DNA of 64,000 nucleotides, from NCBI GenBank assembly GCA_965153285.1, contig OZ229120.1; one strand, 5' to 3'. How positions within the stretch are numbered: the stretch's first letter is position 1; every line of letters starts with the position of its first letter. The stretch comes from Podarcis tiliguerta (taxonomy: Eukaryota). The notes under the pieces are model-generated. The model was given only the letters and a program-made list of their open reading frames with translations, did not search any database and was not told the origin of the DNA. A program made the position numbers and the translations under genes. Below are positions 26,230-38,880 of this stretch, in pieces.

Positions 26230-26343
26230 GAGTGCTGCAATAGCTCAGCTTGGTAGAGCGTGATACTCTTAGTGTCAGTGTCATCGCTTTGAGCCCCATG
26301 CTGGAAAAAAAATATTATTTCATTGCAGTGGGTTGGCCTAGAT
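26230..26343 (+). mobile_element. tRNA-Lys-headed, CR1-tailed short SINE (3' end interrupted)
   Basis: TAGCTCAG..TGGTAGAGCGTGATACTCTTA...GAGCCCCA resembles vertebrate tRNA-Lys(CTT). It is followed by CATTGCAGTGGGTTGGCCTAGAT, which is CR1 3' UTR-like. Confidence 0.75.
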
Positions 26344-26413
26344 CAGTGTTTCCCAACCTTTTTCTGACTGTGGCCCCCTTTTGACCTTGTTTACTTCCTG
26401 TAGCCCCCCCCCC
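26344..26413. mobile_element. hAT-type DNA transposon left end
   Basis: CAGTGTTTCCCAACCTTTTT...GTGGCCCCCTTTT is a typical hAT/Charlie-like terminus. I did not locate the right end with confidence. Confidence 0.65.
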
Positions 26414-26542
26414 CATGGGCGTAGCTAAGGGGGAGCAGGGGGGCAGTTGCCTCCTCCCCAAATAATTAAAAATCAATACAAATTTGAGGTTCTTCCCTCC
26501 CTAACAAAAGCTTGCCCCCCCCAAATCCTGGCTATGCCCATG
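26414..26542. mobile_element. Short inverted-terminus MITE
   Basis: CATGGGCGTAGC...GCTATGCCCATG inverted termini (11/12 match). Confidence 0.75.
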
Positions 26543-26564
26543 CTTCCTCTCCTACCGGTAGAAA

Positions 26565-26913
26565 AAGGTAAAGGTACCCCTGCCCGTACGGGCCAGTCTT
26601 GACAGACTCTAGGGTTGTGCGCCCATCTCACTCAAGCGGCTGGGGGCCAGCGCTGTCCGGAGACACTTCCGGGTCACGTGGCCAGCGTGACATCGCTGCT
26701 CTGGCGAGCCAGAGCTGCCCACGGAAACGCTGTTTACCTTCCCGCTAGTAAGCGGTCCCTATTTATCTACTTGCACCCGGGAGTGCTTTCGAACTGCTAG
26801 GTTGGCAGGCGCTGGGACCGAACAACGGGCGCCCACCCCGCCACGGGGATTTGAACCACTGACCTTTCGATCGGCAAGCCCTAGGCGCTGAGGCTTTTAC
26901 CCACCCGCGTCCC
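26565..26913 (-). mobile_element. Near full-length Sauria SINE, second subfamily
   Basis: AAGGTAAAGGTACCCCTGCCCGTACGG tail, Sauria core and ...CACCCGCGTCCC head. Perfect 12-bp TSD TACCGGTAGAAA at 26553-26564 and 26917-26928. Confidence 0.95.
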
Positions 26914-27052
26914 TATTACCGGTAGAAAGATAGCTATTAAAATGGTTTTGTTTGCAAACAGAACATGTTTTATTTATAATTTTATGATTCGTACAAAATA
27001 CAATTACATAAAATGATAGGAACATAATTAAATATTGTTGAAGCAGAACAAT

Positions 27053-27212
27053 GTAGAATCACAGAGCTGGAAGGAACCCCAAGGGTCATCCTTGTGGTGC
27101 AACTCCCTGCAATGTAGGAAACTCAGCTAAAGCATCCATGACAGATGGCCATCCAACCTCTGCATAGAAACTTCTAAGGAAGGAGAGTCCAGAACCTCCT
27201 GAGGGAGATCCG
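27053..27212 (-). mobile_element. CR1 LINE 3' fragment
   Basis: Colinear with 47005-47160 and reverse-complementary to 34920-35075. Confidence 0.85.
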
Positions 27213-28334
27213 TCTTCCATGTATTATAAAAAGGAAACAATACTTATTTGACCCCAGTTAATTTGACACAGAGGGAGAAACCTACAGATACAGTCCAAAA
27301 GGCACACAGGGAGTTCTGTATATATGGGAGAATTTTAAAAAGCAAGTGGTCCTCATTGACCTTGTGCAAAAAGATCTTGCCATCTAGAGGAACCCTGACT
27401 TCCCAGATAAAACACTATAGCCCCCCCACACCCATATCTGGGAGTAAGGTCCACTGAACTCAGTGCGGCTTTCTTGTAAGTAGACACTTAGTTATTTACT
27501 AGATGCAAGTTAGCACCATACAACCTTGTTCGGCTAGGCACTGGGGTGGATTGCACCCTGCACTTTGCAGAGTCAGGTCCAGGCCGCCACCGGGCCCAGC
27601 ACTGGTGGCAGCAACAAGCAGCTCTGGCTCACCCAGCCCTACCCATTGCCACCCCACCACCTCACTCAGCTAACATGGGGATTTGGGATCGCGGGCCCTA
27701 CCGGTCAAAATGGGAGCCTCAGTGATTGCCCTCTCCAACCGGAAACAATCCAGGACTGCTCCAAGAAAACACACGTGGCAAAAAGGAGTTCTAGGCTCTG
27801 GTGTGCTGCTCACTTACCCACTTGTGATTGGCCAAGTGGATAGCCAGTTGAAAAAACACGTAAACGTAACAATTGCAAAGTTATTTACTAGAAACTACTT
27901 CTCAAAAATTAGATACAGCTTCTCATAGTGTCAAAATCATAATATTATATATATATATATCTCCATATTGTAGATCCCTCCTGTTTCGTAATCCAGGAAT
28001 GCTTTTCTTCCCCCCCCCCCCAACTTCAAAATTTCCAGGAACTTTACACATCTGTTTTAATTAGGTATCAAGAACAAGTTAATTCTGGACTGTATAGAAT
28101 ATACACTCCTGGAAGTTTCTGAACAACTGTATGAAAGGTTGACTGTTTTTGAAGCAGGAGACTTGACTAAGTCTCATTTGAATGCTGTGACTTGGAATGC
28201 ATTCTGTTTTTTCCTTGGAAGGGGGAAATTGTATAATCCATTGGGAAATCTGTTACTTGCTTACTGAATCAGTTTTGTGATAAACATATTTCTTTAGTAA
28301 GAAATCCACATATGTCTTGATTTTAAGACAGCTG

Positions 28335-28460
28335 GGATGGGGAAATCCTCCAGATGTTGCTATGCCACAACTCCCATTATCCTTGGTCATTGGTCATGCT
28401 TGTTGGGGCTTATGGGAGTTGGAGTCCAGCAACATCTGGAGCCCCACAGGTTATCACCAT
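28335..28460. mobile_element. Palindromic hAT-type MITE
   Basis: CTCCAGATGTTGC..AACTCCCAT...ATGGGAGTT..GCAACATCTGGAG inverted arms. Confidence 0.8.
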
Positions 28461-31354
28461 TTTTTGCTTAGACAAATGTAGAAAATACTGTGAACATAAA
28501 AAATGCACACTTATTTGAAGCAACTATATCAGAAACTGATACTTGGATAGGGCTTTTTGGTTCCTTTCCAGCTCTGTGATACTACACATTAAATCTGACT
28601 CTTCAAGTTGCTTGTTATCCTTAATTCTGTATTGTGATGCCTGTCATCTTTGTGGTTTATCAACAGAAACTCCCTGGACACATTCACCCTTGAGACCCAG
28701 GCAGAGAGAGAGACTTGGAAGGGCTTGGAAGTAACTAGTTTTTTGTTATGGCAGTTGAGGTTCCTGCTGGTCACAGGGTCCACATCTAATTATCAGGAAT
28801 GCTGGAGTTGGCTTGAAATCTTGTAGTTGAAGGCAGACAGATGACAATATGATGAATTACCTGCTTGGATAGCATTTTTTTGTTTTGTTTTTTGAAGGGG
28901 AAGCATGCAGATTTCCTGTCCCTGGCCACTTCTTCCAGGCAAATGTACACACAGTGAGATATAAAATGTGCATGACCATCACATGTGCATACACGCTGTA
29001 TGTTTTATTCTCTGTAAAAGTACATTCCATAGAATCTGCAGGAAACGTGAAACATTGGAAGCATTCCTGATTCAAGCAGAAAATTCCTCAAAGTTGCTTG
29101 TTTTTCAGGTTCTTCCTAGTCATCTATTGAGGTCCTCTACTGGACACTAATTTCCGGAAAGCTGAAAGATCTGGGTTCCCAGTTAAGATATCATTGCCAT
29201 TGGGTGATTTGTGGCATCTGCATTGCTGATTTGAGATGGATGACTGTGCTCAGTTATTCATTTGAAGTTATGTCTAATGTTTCCCTCCCTGATTCTATTT
29301 TTTTGCCTGGAGCATCACTGAAGGAATTCAACTGCTGCTAGGTGCTGTTAAGACATTGGGTGCCTACCAGACTAAAATTTAAGAGGCTTATGATTAAACT
29401 GGTAGACTATTGCAATCCAGGCATCTCCTGGTCTAAGGAAAATCTCATGACCAAATCAAAAAGAATTTCAAAATACCATCTAGCAGTGTTTTTGTTTTAA
29501 AATAGCATTGGGGTAAGAAGAGGGCACATGAAACCTTTTGTTAAATTATTGCTGTGTTTCATAACTCATACTTAGTTTTTCGGTCTGAAAGAATTGTTCA
29601 GAGTCAGAAGCACCAATAAATCCTAAGAACCATTGGTAAGCTGCTTTCCATATAAACAGTCCCTTATTTCAAAAGTGTGCCACTGAATCTTAGGTAACTC
29701 TGAGTTGAATAAGCTAATCAAGGCAACCGGATGGCTCAAATCCCTCTTAATGTACTGCTTCGGACACAGTGCATATGCTTTGCAAATAAATACCGAATTA
29801 GTGAGCTCCTGCTGGAAGCATTCAGTAAGAACAAGTGATTTGTCTTGCTTATGAAAGGCACATATATTTTCCCCTTGTAGTTGTTTGTCAGCTTGCACGT
29901 TACTTTATTTATGAATTCAGAGAGGGCAATTGCCATTTTTCAGCTCCTGAGCAGATGTGCTAGAGGCGGTCAAATTGATCAGCAGAAATAGATGCAGCAC
30001 CATCACCAGGGTTGGGAGGAAGAATGGCTATTGTATTATCTTCCTCCTCCCCATTTCCTATTAATGACTGCCTTCTGTAAGGCTTTCTCCAGGTTGCAGG
30101 ATGAAGAAAAGCTGCACGTTTTCAATTGCTTTGAGGCAGGTAGTTCCTGCACTAACAGGAGAAGGGCAAAGGCAGCTTTCTGAGAGACACCTCTTTGCTG
30201 TAACCTTTTAAAGAGCTATTTAGAAAAGTAGTATTTAATTCTCTGTGCTAGCTGAAAGCCCACAAGTGCAAAACTATTGTTAATTACAATTATCATACCT
30301 CTTTCCTTGGTAGGTACTTGTTAACTTGTTTTCTGTATGAACAGAGGTAACGGGGGGGGGGGGGGAGGAGAGAAACACTTAAGTTGTCAAAATGACAGAT
30401 TTTGTCAAAATTTTGGATTTGGGAAAAAAACAAGATTGGAGGAATATTGATTGCATAAACATTAGTGTAATCCTATATAGTGCAAGCCCCAGGGAAGTCA
30501 GTGAATGTGATTCTCAGGTAAGTTGTTGCCTATAAGGTCTGTTCTTGCAGAGAGTATATTATGTCATTCATTTCATTATTGTTTGAAAATTATAGCTTAG
30601 TTCCAGAGGAATCTCCGGAAAGCTACATGTTAGTTTATTTATACAGAATTAATATACAGAATTTTTACCCTTACAGGTTTATAATCTGAAAGATATGCTA
30701 CAAAAATAGTGAGGGATGGGCAGAGGATTAAGCTAAAGTTATTTTTTAAAGCCAGCTTGAATGGAGAGAGCGTTGAAGGGGAGGTATAGCCCAATGGACC
30801 TATTCTCTCAACAGGGTAGAGAGGCCTTGCAGTTCCATTTCTCCCTTTGTTATAGCCTGATAGAATACCGTAGCTTCAGCTAGATGACAATTGAAAGAGA
30901 AGTCTGATGGAGGGGTGGTATTTTGGTAAAGCTGTAGATACTCTGCAACCCCATGTAATGTAGACACTCTGTGATGTCTCTATTCCAGATCTTACAGTCA
31001 TACACCACTTCAATTAAAATGACCTAACCACAGCTCACAAAAATCTGAGTCAACAAAAACATATTTGACTGATGTTTAAACACGTAAAATGAGGGGGGCA
31101 AATGAATCTCCAAGGTGAGAGTGTTTCAAGGTTAGGGTGCTACCAGAGAGAAGACCCTGTTTTGTGTCTCTATACTGTGAATCTTCAGTGGGACCTAGAG
31201 GAAATGTGTGTGATTTTATCCTCGGGGCTTGTCACCTTTTGGCTAGCGGGCACATTTGGAATTCTGAAAACTGCTGAGAGTGTAAATTAGAAAACATCTG
31301 CTGAGAGCAAATTGGCTGTCACATCCAAAAGAGCAGAAAAAGGGAGGACCACAA

Positions 31355-31475
31355 ATGATGATGATGATGATGATGATATAAAACAGCAACAGCATTATAA
31401 AATAACAATAACGCCATCTTTCTTATACCTGACCTATCTTACTGGGTTACCCTAGCCACTCAGGGCAGCTTCCAG
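31355..31475 (-). mobile_element. L2 3' tail remnant with (GAT)n and A-rich repeats
   Basis: TTATACCTGACCTATCTTACTGGGTTACCCTAGCCACTCAGGGCAGCTTCCA resembles 57433-57484. Confidence 0.65.
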
Positions 31476-31949
31476 AAATTGATACAGATATACCTCCCTA
31501 TCATTGGGAAATAGACACTTATGTAAGCCACTGTCTCACTTGCTTGAAGACAACAGCTCTTTGCTCCTCTGCTTTGTTCAGAACAGTTTGGAGGATGGAT
31601 GTCCATGCTGGCATCTAGTGGAATGTGGGCATGTTCAAGGGTGGGTGGGTGTGTTCATTGTATGACAGACAGAGGGTGATTCTTGACACAGGGGAAAACT
31701 CAACACTATAAATAAGTCAGAAAACAGATCGTTATAGCAAAAGAAAAAAAAATCTCTATGGAAAATCGCATTTTAGGTTTTTTTTTGCTCTCTGGAGCCA
31801 TCTGGTGTTGCATGTTTATAGCACATTCAAATCACCATTTCTTTACTAATGTAGCTGAGTGCTGACTCCTGAGTCAGTAAAACTGGGAGCTGAGCAGGAA
31901 GAGAAAGCAGTCCCTACTACATTGTGCATTTTTGCATTGAGATATCTAT

Positions 31950-31952
<3 letters not shown>

Positions 31953-31991
<39 letters not shown>
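31953..31991. repeat. (TC)n microsatellite
   Basis: Pure run; it gives the RERERE stretch in ORF 31846..32058. Confidence 0.95.
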
Positions 31992-31995
<4 letters not shown>

Positions 31996-33357
31996 ATTTG
32001 CTTTTATGCTGGAATTCCACACACACACACCCCATAAGTGTAGTTTGGGGAGGAACATAGCATATTTACTCTGTGGATGGATTTCCCCCCTTGTACATTA
32101 TTTTTTCTTCTTCATTTTAGCTAACAGACAAAGCAAACAATTAACACACTTCATATCAGCAGTTTGGAATTGTACAGCTACAAGGCTTCTGAAATTGTAG
32201 TTGATGGATTAAGCATGTTTGGCTTGCAGCCAAGATCACAAAATCAACATACCCCTCTCTTGCATGCCAAGACCTGCTATCTCGACAAACAGGTAATACT
32301 TGTGAAAAATGTGGATTTGATGCATTAGGTAACATGAGCAGCTCAATGAGTAGCTTTTATTTCCCTGTTTACCGAAGACTGAAAGCAAGGCATTAGCAGG
32401 CAATCAAGACTGTATGTTCAAAGCTGCTACCTGGAGATGTTAGTTAAGCATGGCAATGGAGTTTAGGAAGGCATGATCGATAAATGCCCTGATGTGTGAT
32501 CACAAAGACATAATAGTTATTAGGGTGCATGGGATTATTGAAAATTGGAGGAAATCATAATAAATGGGGCTCTGGATAATTGAGTTCACATTTTCAACTG
32601 ATTGCTTCTGTCACTTGATTTCTATATTTTGAATGAATGAAATAGTAGCAGAAACCATTCTTCAGAACATAAGGCAAGTTGGGGATAAGTTTATTGCATG
32701 TGCAGGCGTGAGATATGTTTTTACATTTAATTTTAAATTGCTAAAATGGTTTTGCGTTTTAAAACCCTTACTTTCTTCATATCTTGGAGGCTTAAGTCAT
32801 AGTTTCAGCATGTTTAGGTGGAGATAAATATTCACTCTTCCCAACTGATGCTGTTCTGTGATGCAAACATTTACAAGAGAGCCTGTCTCCTAGGGAATAA
32901 CTTGTTACTCGGCTGCGTGGGAGCTGTGGTTTGGTACTTAGAGATGTATTCTCCTTGTTCAGATTGGCTGTCAGGTGTTTAGGGTTCCCATGGATGTTGT
33001 ATTTCAAGAGTTTTGCTCTGCTCAGTGTAGTTCTCATAGGAAACACAAAGACTTAAGTACAAGTACTCAACACTCTTTGTTTTTCTTTTGCAGATTCTAG
33101 ACTTCCTCTGCTTTGTTGAACTGTGTTGATTGAATGCTAGTTAGTCCTCTTCTCTGCTTCCTTTCTAGTAAGCACTTGTCTTAGAAGCAGAAGCATTTGT
33201 TTTTCAGTCTAGCATAAAAAACGAGGTGAATACTGGGTGCTTCGGTCGTCTTCTGTGTGGCCTGAATAGCCAGTCCTGGCACAAATTATAGTCTGCAGCA
33301 TCTATTTTTCACTACCTGCATTTGACTTCATATCATTTTAACAGAATGAAGAACCAA

Positions 33358-33359
<2 letters not shown>

Positions 33360-33396
<37 letters not shown>
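33360..33396. repeat. (TG)n microsatellite
   Basis: Pure run, directly visible. Confidence 0.95.
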
Positions 33397-33398
<2 letters not shown>

Positions 33399-34344
33399 GT
33401 TCAATGAACCACTTTTCCATGGCAATGAGTTCTGTAATTTCACCTCTCAATTTCCGTAGGCCTCTCAGTTCGGTCTCTTCCATGGACCACAATTAACTGC
33501 CCTCAAAAATATTTTATTAGCCCACCATTTCTATATGTGTTTATTGTAATTTATGGCATGATGACAGACTGAAATGGGGGTGGGTGGCGAGGGATGGAGA
33601 GGGATACAATCCGAGATTGTTTCTTCATCCTGGAACTGGAAAAGAGGATTGCAACTAGGCACAAAGTTAGAATTGGTGTAGACATTTAATTGGCTTCTGA
33701 ATGGAATGTTCTCGTAAGTGCATGAAAGTTCACTTACATTTCATCTCATCCTCCCTTCTTTATATGAGTTCATATTTATTTGGAAATTGTGCAATGAATA
33801 TTAGCATGTTGCAATCTTCTTCTTTTTCTGGTTGTGCAAATTCTTTTAACTTAGCCCTTTGAAGACCAGTGAGAAATAGATGCTGTGGCTGAAAGATCTG
33901 ATGCTACAAACGAACACTTAGTTCTTTATCATGTTCTTCCCCTAGTTCCGCATAATGACATTGTGAAATAAGCGTTGCCAGGAAATCCTAGCCAAGTTGG
34001 CAGATGCATTGGAACGCCTGTAACAACATGGACATAGCAAGTGCATTCCATGGCCTCTCCCTTTTTGTGTTCTCCCTTTCCTCTTGCCAGCTCTGCACTG
34101 CCTCTCCCCCATCAAAGACTGATACATTTCCCTGTGATGTTTTCTTGCTTCTCTGAATTTCAACATGCAGATTGATAACTACTGTTCTCTGTTTCCAGCT
34201 GTTTTTGGCTCAAGCCAGCAGTGCCATCCTTCTGTAATTAAATAAAGCATTCATAGAAGGGTGCTGATTTTCAGCACTGGGTCTTCCATTCACTCAGAAT
34301 TATGTGGTGTTTTCTCTAGTCCACCATTCTTTTTCTCATGATGT

Positions 34345-35210
34345 CAAACCAGATACCAGCACAGGATAAAGATAGCAAACAAAGGATAAAGCTAATAGTC
34401 TTCCCCTGGTGCCCCCCGCCCCCCAGTAACTAGTATTCAAAGGCATAAGGTCTCTAAACCTGGAGATTCCATTGAGACTGTGGCCAATAGCCATTTATAT
34501 ACCTCCAAACACTTGTACAGTCCCCTTTTAATGCTATCTAACCTTGTAGCCATCACTGCTGAGAATTACACATGATATGCATTGTATGTATAAGTACTTT
34601 GTGTCTGTCTTAAACTGTCATATTATGGGAGACACTTTGTTTTTTCTGTTTCCTCGCCTAGTATAATTTGAGAAAACCTTTCTTATGTGCCCTCTTAGTT
34701 CTGCTAGGTATTTAGCCTCTTGGGTATGTTTAGCCTGAAGAAGAGGAGACTGAGAGAAGATATGATAGCCATCTTCAAATACCCAAAGGGCTGTCAAATG
34801 AAAGATGGAGCAAGTTTGTTTTTGTGTGTTTTGGAGGGTAGGACTTGAACTAATGGCTTCAAGGTACAAGAAAGGAGATTCCAACTGAACATCGGGAAGA
34901 ACCTTTGGATGGTAAGAGCTGTTCAGCAGTGGAATGGACTCCCATGGGAGGTGATGAACTCTCCTTCCTTGGGGATTTTTAAGCGGAGGTTGGATACTCA
35001 TCAGTTATGGATGCTTTAGTTGAGATTCCTGCATGGCAGGGGTTGGACTCACTCTCAACTCTACAATTCTATGATGCTTTAATCTTCCGCTTTCACCTTT
35101 ATTCATAGAGAAGATTCTCCAAGCCTTTGCTATTGAAGTTGGTCGCTTCTGTTGTATTTGTGTGGGTTGGCCAGAACTTTGAATAGCATTCCAAACATAG
35201 TTGCATCATA
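34345..35210 (-). mobile_element. Old CR1-like LINE 3' fragment interrupted by a younger CR1
   Basis: AATAGCCATTTATA..CCCTTTTAATGC..TGTAGCCATCACT..AAGTACTT motifs resemble antisense CR1 ends. It appears to resume after ~35080. Confidence 0.5.
34720..35075 (+). mobile_element. CR1 LINE 3' end (ORF2 C-terminus and tail)
   Basis: Translates LGMFSLKKRRLREDMIAIFKY...RAVQQWNGLP...SPSLGIFKRRLD, with one in-frame stop. Ends CAACTCTACAATTCTATGAT. Confidence 0.93.
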
Positions 35211-37284
35211 AAAGGTGGTAATGGTAATAATTGTGGGGTGGATTAATTAAAAGATTCCAGTTGTATTCACAGTAAGCCTGCAGTCTTTCACATACTTGGG
35301 GCCAAGTCCCATTAAATACATTGAGATTTATTTCCAAGAAATTAGTACAGTAATCTGATTTGGCTGTACAGTTGCAATCCTACACAGTGATTTTAGTGGA
35401 GCATACTGCCAAGTTAGCCAGCCAGTTAAGGTTGTCCCTGAATTTTGCTTTTGTTTACTGCTGCCATTTTAACTTTATGCCAGGTACTAAACCATATATC
35501 ATTTCATTGTTTGGCTTTACCCAGAAACCTTTGAATAGTATGCCAGCATCTGCTGCTTTTTCCCATATGGAGAAAAGAATATGCCTTTCAATGTAGTAGA
35601 AAATCAAAATCTTACATAGTCAATGTTTAATATTTTCTCAGTGGTATCGTTATATAAGCTTCCTGCAATAGCTTCTAGAGAAGTACTGTTTTAGACTTTG
35701 TATAAAATGTGATCGACACTTCTACTTTAAATTCTTTTTCTAGCTCTTATCATTTGAAATCTTTTGTTTTTTGACACCTGTCTTCAGATGTAGGCCTGAT
35801 GGATCTCAATTTTCCCACCCCCCTTTAGCCTTTAAACATGTGGGTTAATTTAATCCTGATGAAAGTTGGAGCCTGAGAGCACATTTTGTGAATGAGACAT
35901 ATTAACAGCAGGTTTTCAACAGATTTCCTCAAGCGTGTCTATCCATACAGTCAAGTTTTGATCCGAGTCACCTCAGCTTGTCTGGTCCTGTGTTTCACTT
36001 GGGCAGATGCTACTGGTTGTAATTAATCAGCTTGTAGTGAAACAGAAGCTAGGATTTGACTGATAATGTATGATTTGTAAATATCTAAGACCTAGACCCC
36101 TCAAATACTTATTAGATCATAATCTTTATTTTTGCTAAACTGTCAAATACTCCTCATAGATAGAGCTAGTTATCCTTATTCAAATGCTGCCTGCATGCAC
36201 GCAAGTCGTTTGTTTGTTTTGCAATGTTTATAGACTGCTTTCCAAACAACGTTTCCTAAAGCAGTTTGCAAAAATGTACACAGATAACAATGACTATTCC
36301 GTATGTACTTCTGTCTAACTATTATTGGGACTACGGGGGCTACATTCAAATACTATGAGTACTCTGTGAACATGTAGGACAAAGTAGTAAGGTAAGGAGG
36401 TAAGGACAATGGCTCATTATTTTTGTTGCATGTTTATGGAGAGTGCACACCACATAAACGAGAACAAGAGGACCATTTCTCTCAGGTGATCTCAGTAGTA
36501 GTAATGTATTGAGTTTCCTTTCCATCTCAACTATTTTAGTGAACAATCAAGTTCTATTCTTATTTTAAGGAGCAATATCATACAGCACTTTTGCCACAGT
36601 GCATTTAACTGTGTTTAGATTTGTGTTACACAGGAGGTTGGGGAAATAAAAATGAGTGATAGCTGCCAATGCCACTCCCTGGCTAACCGGACATAAAACC
36701 CCATAGCTTATCAGCTATGAATATAGCAATGGTGGCTTTAAGTAGCATAACACCTGCTTTAAAATATTTTCTTGTCTCTCCCCTTTCCTGCCCTCCCTCC
36801 AGGTTGGAAATGGTTGTTCAATGCTTCAGGAGAAACTTTAGTAAACCTCTTTAGGAAGGTAATTCTATGGTTCTTCTGCAGGCACTCTTTCTGGTTCAAA
36901 CAGGAACAGCTTGGATGTATAGTCAACTCAAGCAATCATAGTGCAACAACATGATAGGAACATCAATATGATCTAGGAAATTTGCCTCGGGGTCATCTGG
37001 TGCGACACTAGTCTTGAGTTGATAGGAGTTTGGGGATAGAGATTTTGGACCACTGATTGCACAGCAAAACTTACTGTGTTGGTCTTGCCTGTGGTTCATA
37101 GATAGTGAAGTTTATGCACAGCAAGGACCAGGCATTCTTAATATAGCCTGTAACCAGTCAACAGTAGTGGCCCCATGTAAGGCACATTACGGTAGTCTTC
37201 AAGTTTAGGAAAGCAAGACTAGCAGTCTCTGTATATGATATGCTGCAGACTTTTTGTCTGATGGAGTTTGCGAAAAGTGCTCCT

Positions 37285-37512
37285 GGCTAGGTCTTACCCT
37301 ACCATGAGGCAGAGTGAGGCAGCTGCCTTGGATGGCAAATGTTTAGGAGTGGGGAGTTGATAGAGCTTTGTGTGCCATGTGGCCTAACCTAAGCCCTCTA
37401 AGAGAGCTTGCTTATTTCAGTTGCAATGGAGGGCAGTCTGGTTGGCTTTTGTACATGGAATGGAGAGAGGTGCCATTTTGTTGACCTCAGACACCAAGAT
37501 GTCTCTCAGCCC
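37285..37512. mobile_element. Degenerate DNA transposon remnant
   Basis: CCCTACCATGAGGCAGAGTGAGGCAGCTGCC...GACCTCAGACACCAAGATGTCT resembles a squamate hAT-like non-autonomous family (from recall). Confidence 0.45.
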
Positions 37513-38499
37513 CCACCCACCCCACATTTCTGGCCACTGCCATCACCATTTTAGCTCCATCTTGAACCACTCCAAAGTCAAAATCAGAGGATAGTATTAA
37601 AGCCTCTATTTTTGTACCTGTCCATTTCTTCCCTTTTGTCTCCTTTCCCTTATTACCTTACTGACGCTAATTGCCTCAGTCTTGTCTGGGTTTTGCTTCA
37701 GGCTGCTTGCCAATATCAACTTCTGTGCTATAGCCAGGCAGATATAATTAAACCATGTTGAAGAACTAGACCAACAAAAGTTTAATTGTACAAAGTTTGT
37801 GACAAAGAACATCTTGGATGCATTCCAATACACTACCCATTTTTTTCTAGATCTTGTACAGTTTTACATTGAATCTGCTGCCCAGGATTTGAATTTTTTT
37901 TTTTAAAGTTTTAATTTCACAAACTTTGCAATAAACAACATGCTGGATGTATTGCAAGACACCATTCTGATTTCCTAGATCCTCTATGTGTTTACAAGAT
38001 TGAATTAGCTGTTGTGGTTGCTGCTTTGACCTCACACATGTTGTTTCTGATTTCTGGCAGTAGACATGGCACTTTATCTCTCTCTCAACAGTGGGTGGGA
38101 CAAGCAGCTCAGCGGGCAAGCATCTCACCAAGTCCTAGAGTTCATCATTCCCGCCTTCATTCAGACACATCCATGAATCTGTCTCTTACCTCTGACACCA
38201 AGATTTCCTTTGTTTTTGAACAGTGGGCTCTCATCAAACCAATAGCCAAGCATCAAAAAAGAAGTTTCTCCTTCGCTGCTGCTAGCACATCTTACGCCCA
38301 TTTTTTCTTTTCTTTTTCCAGTGTTATTACAACCTCATGCAGTATTCAAAACAGCAAAGATAAAATTAAAATAAAAATGGCAACAGGTACACAAGGAGGA
38401 GAGAGGGGGCAGTTCTTAGCTATGGAATTTCTCTTGCACAGCCACTTTCATATAATAACTGACAGTTACCATGCTGGCTCATAACAAATGCCAGAATCC

Positions 38500-38880
38500 A
38501 TTTTAGGGCAATAGGTTGGAGCAGGCTTCCTCAAACTTGGCCCTCCAGATGTTTTGAGACTACAATCCCCATCTTCCCTGACCACTGGTCCTGCTAGCTA
38601 GGGATCATGGGAATTGTAGGCCAAAAACATCTGGAAGGCCAAGTCTGAGGAAGCCTGGGTTAGAGTGTCAGACTAGAACCTAAGAGATCAGGGTTCAAAT
38701 TTCCACTGGGCCATCAAGCTCACTGGGTGACTTTTGACCAGTCACTGTCTTTTTTCAGGCTAACCTACCTCACAGGCTTGTTGTGAGGATTAAACTAGGA
38801 GGAGGAGGAGAATCATGTACACCACCTTGAGCTCTTTGGAGAAGAAGGTGGGATGTAAATGCAGTTTGTAAGTAAGTAAA
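38500..38880 (+). mobile_element. CORE/MIR-like (Squam3-like) SINE interrupted by a MITE
   Basis: GGTTAGAGTGTCAGACTAG..GGGTTCAAAT tRNA boxes; CTGGGTGAC..CCAGTCAC and CTACCTCACAGG..GTTGTGAGGAT CORE motifs. Confidence 0.85.
38522..38657. mobile_element. Palindromic hAT-type MITE
   Basis: CAGGCTTCCTCA...TGAGGAAGCCTG perfect 12-bp termini; 8-bp TSD GGTTGGAG/GGTTAGAG. Confidence 0.93.

Noticed and set aside
26239-26305. Possible functional tRNA-Lys gene (likewise tRNA-Asn at 50592)
   Set aside because: Stems and B box are mutated and each is fused to a CR1 tail, so these are SINE heads.
34618-35001. 127-aa minus-strand ORF
   Set aside because: Antisense reading of a CR1 fragment.
38014-38484. 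156-aa ORF
   Set aside because: Non-ATG start, low-information Ser/Phe-rich composition, no domain or splice support.
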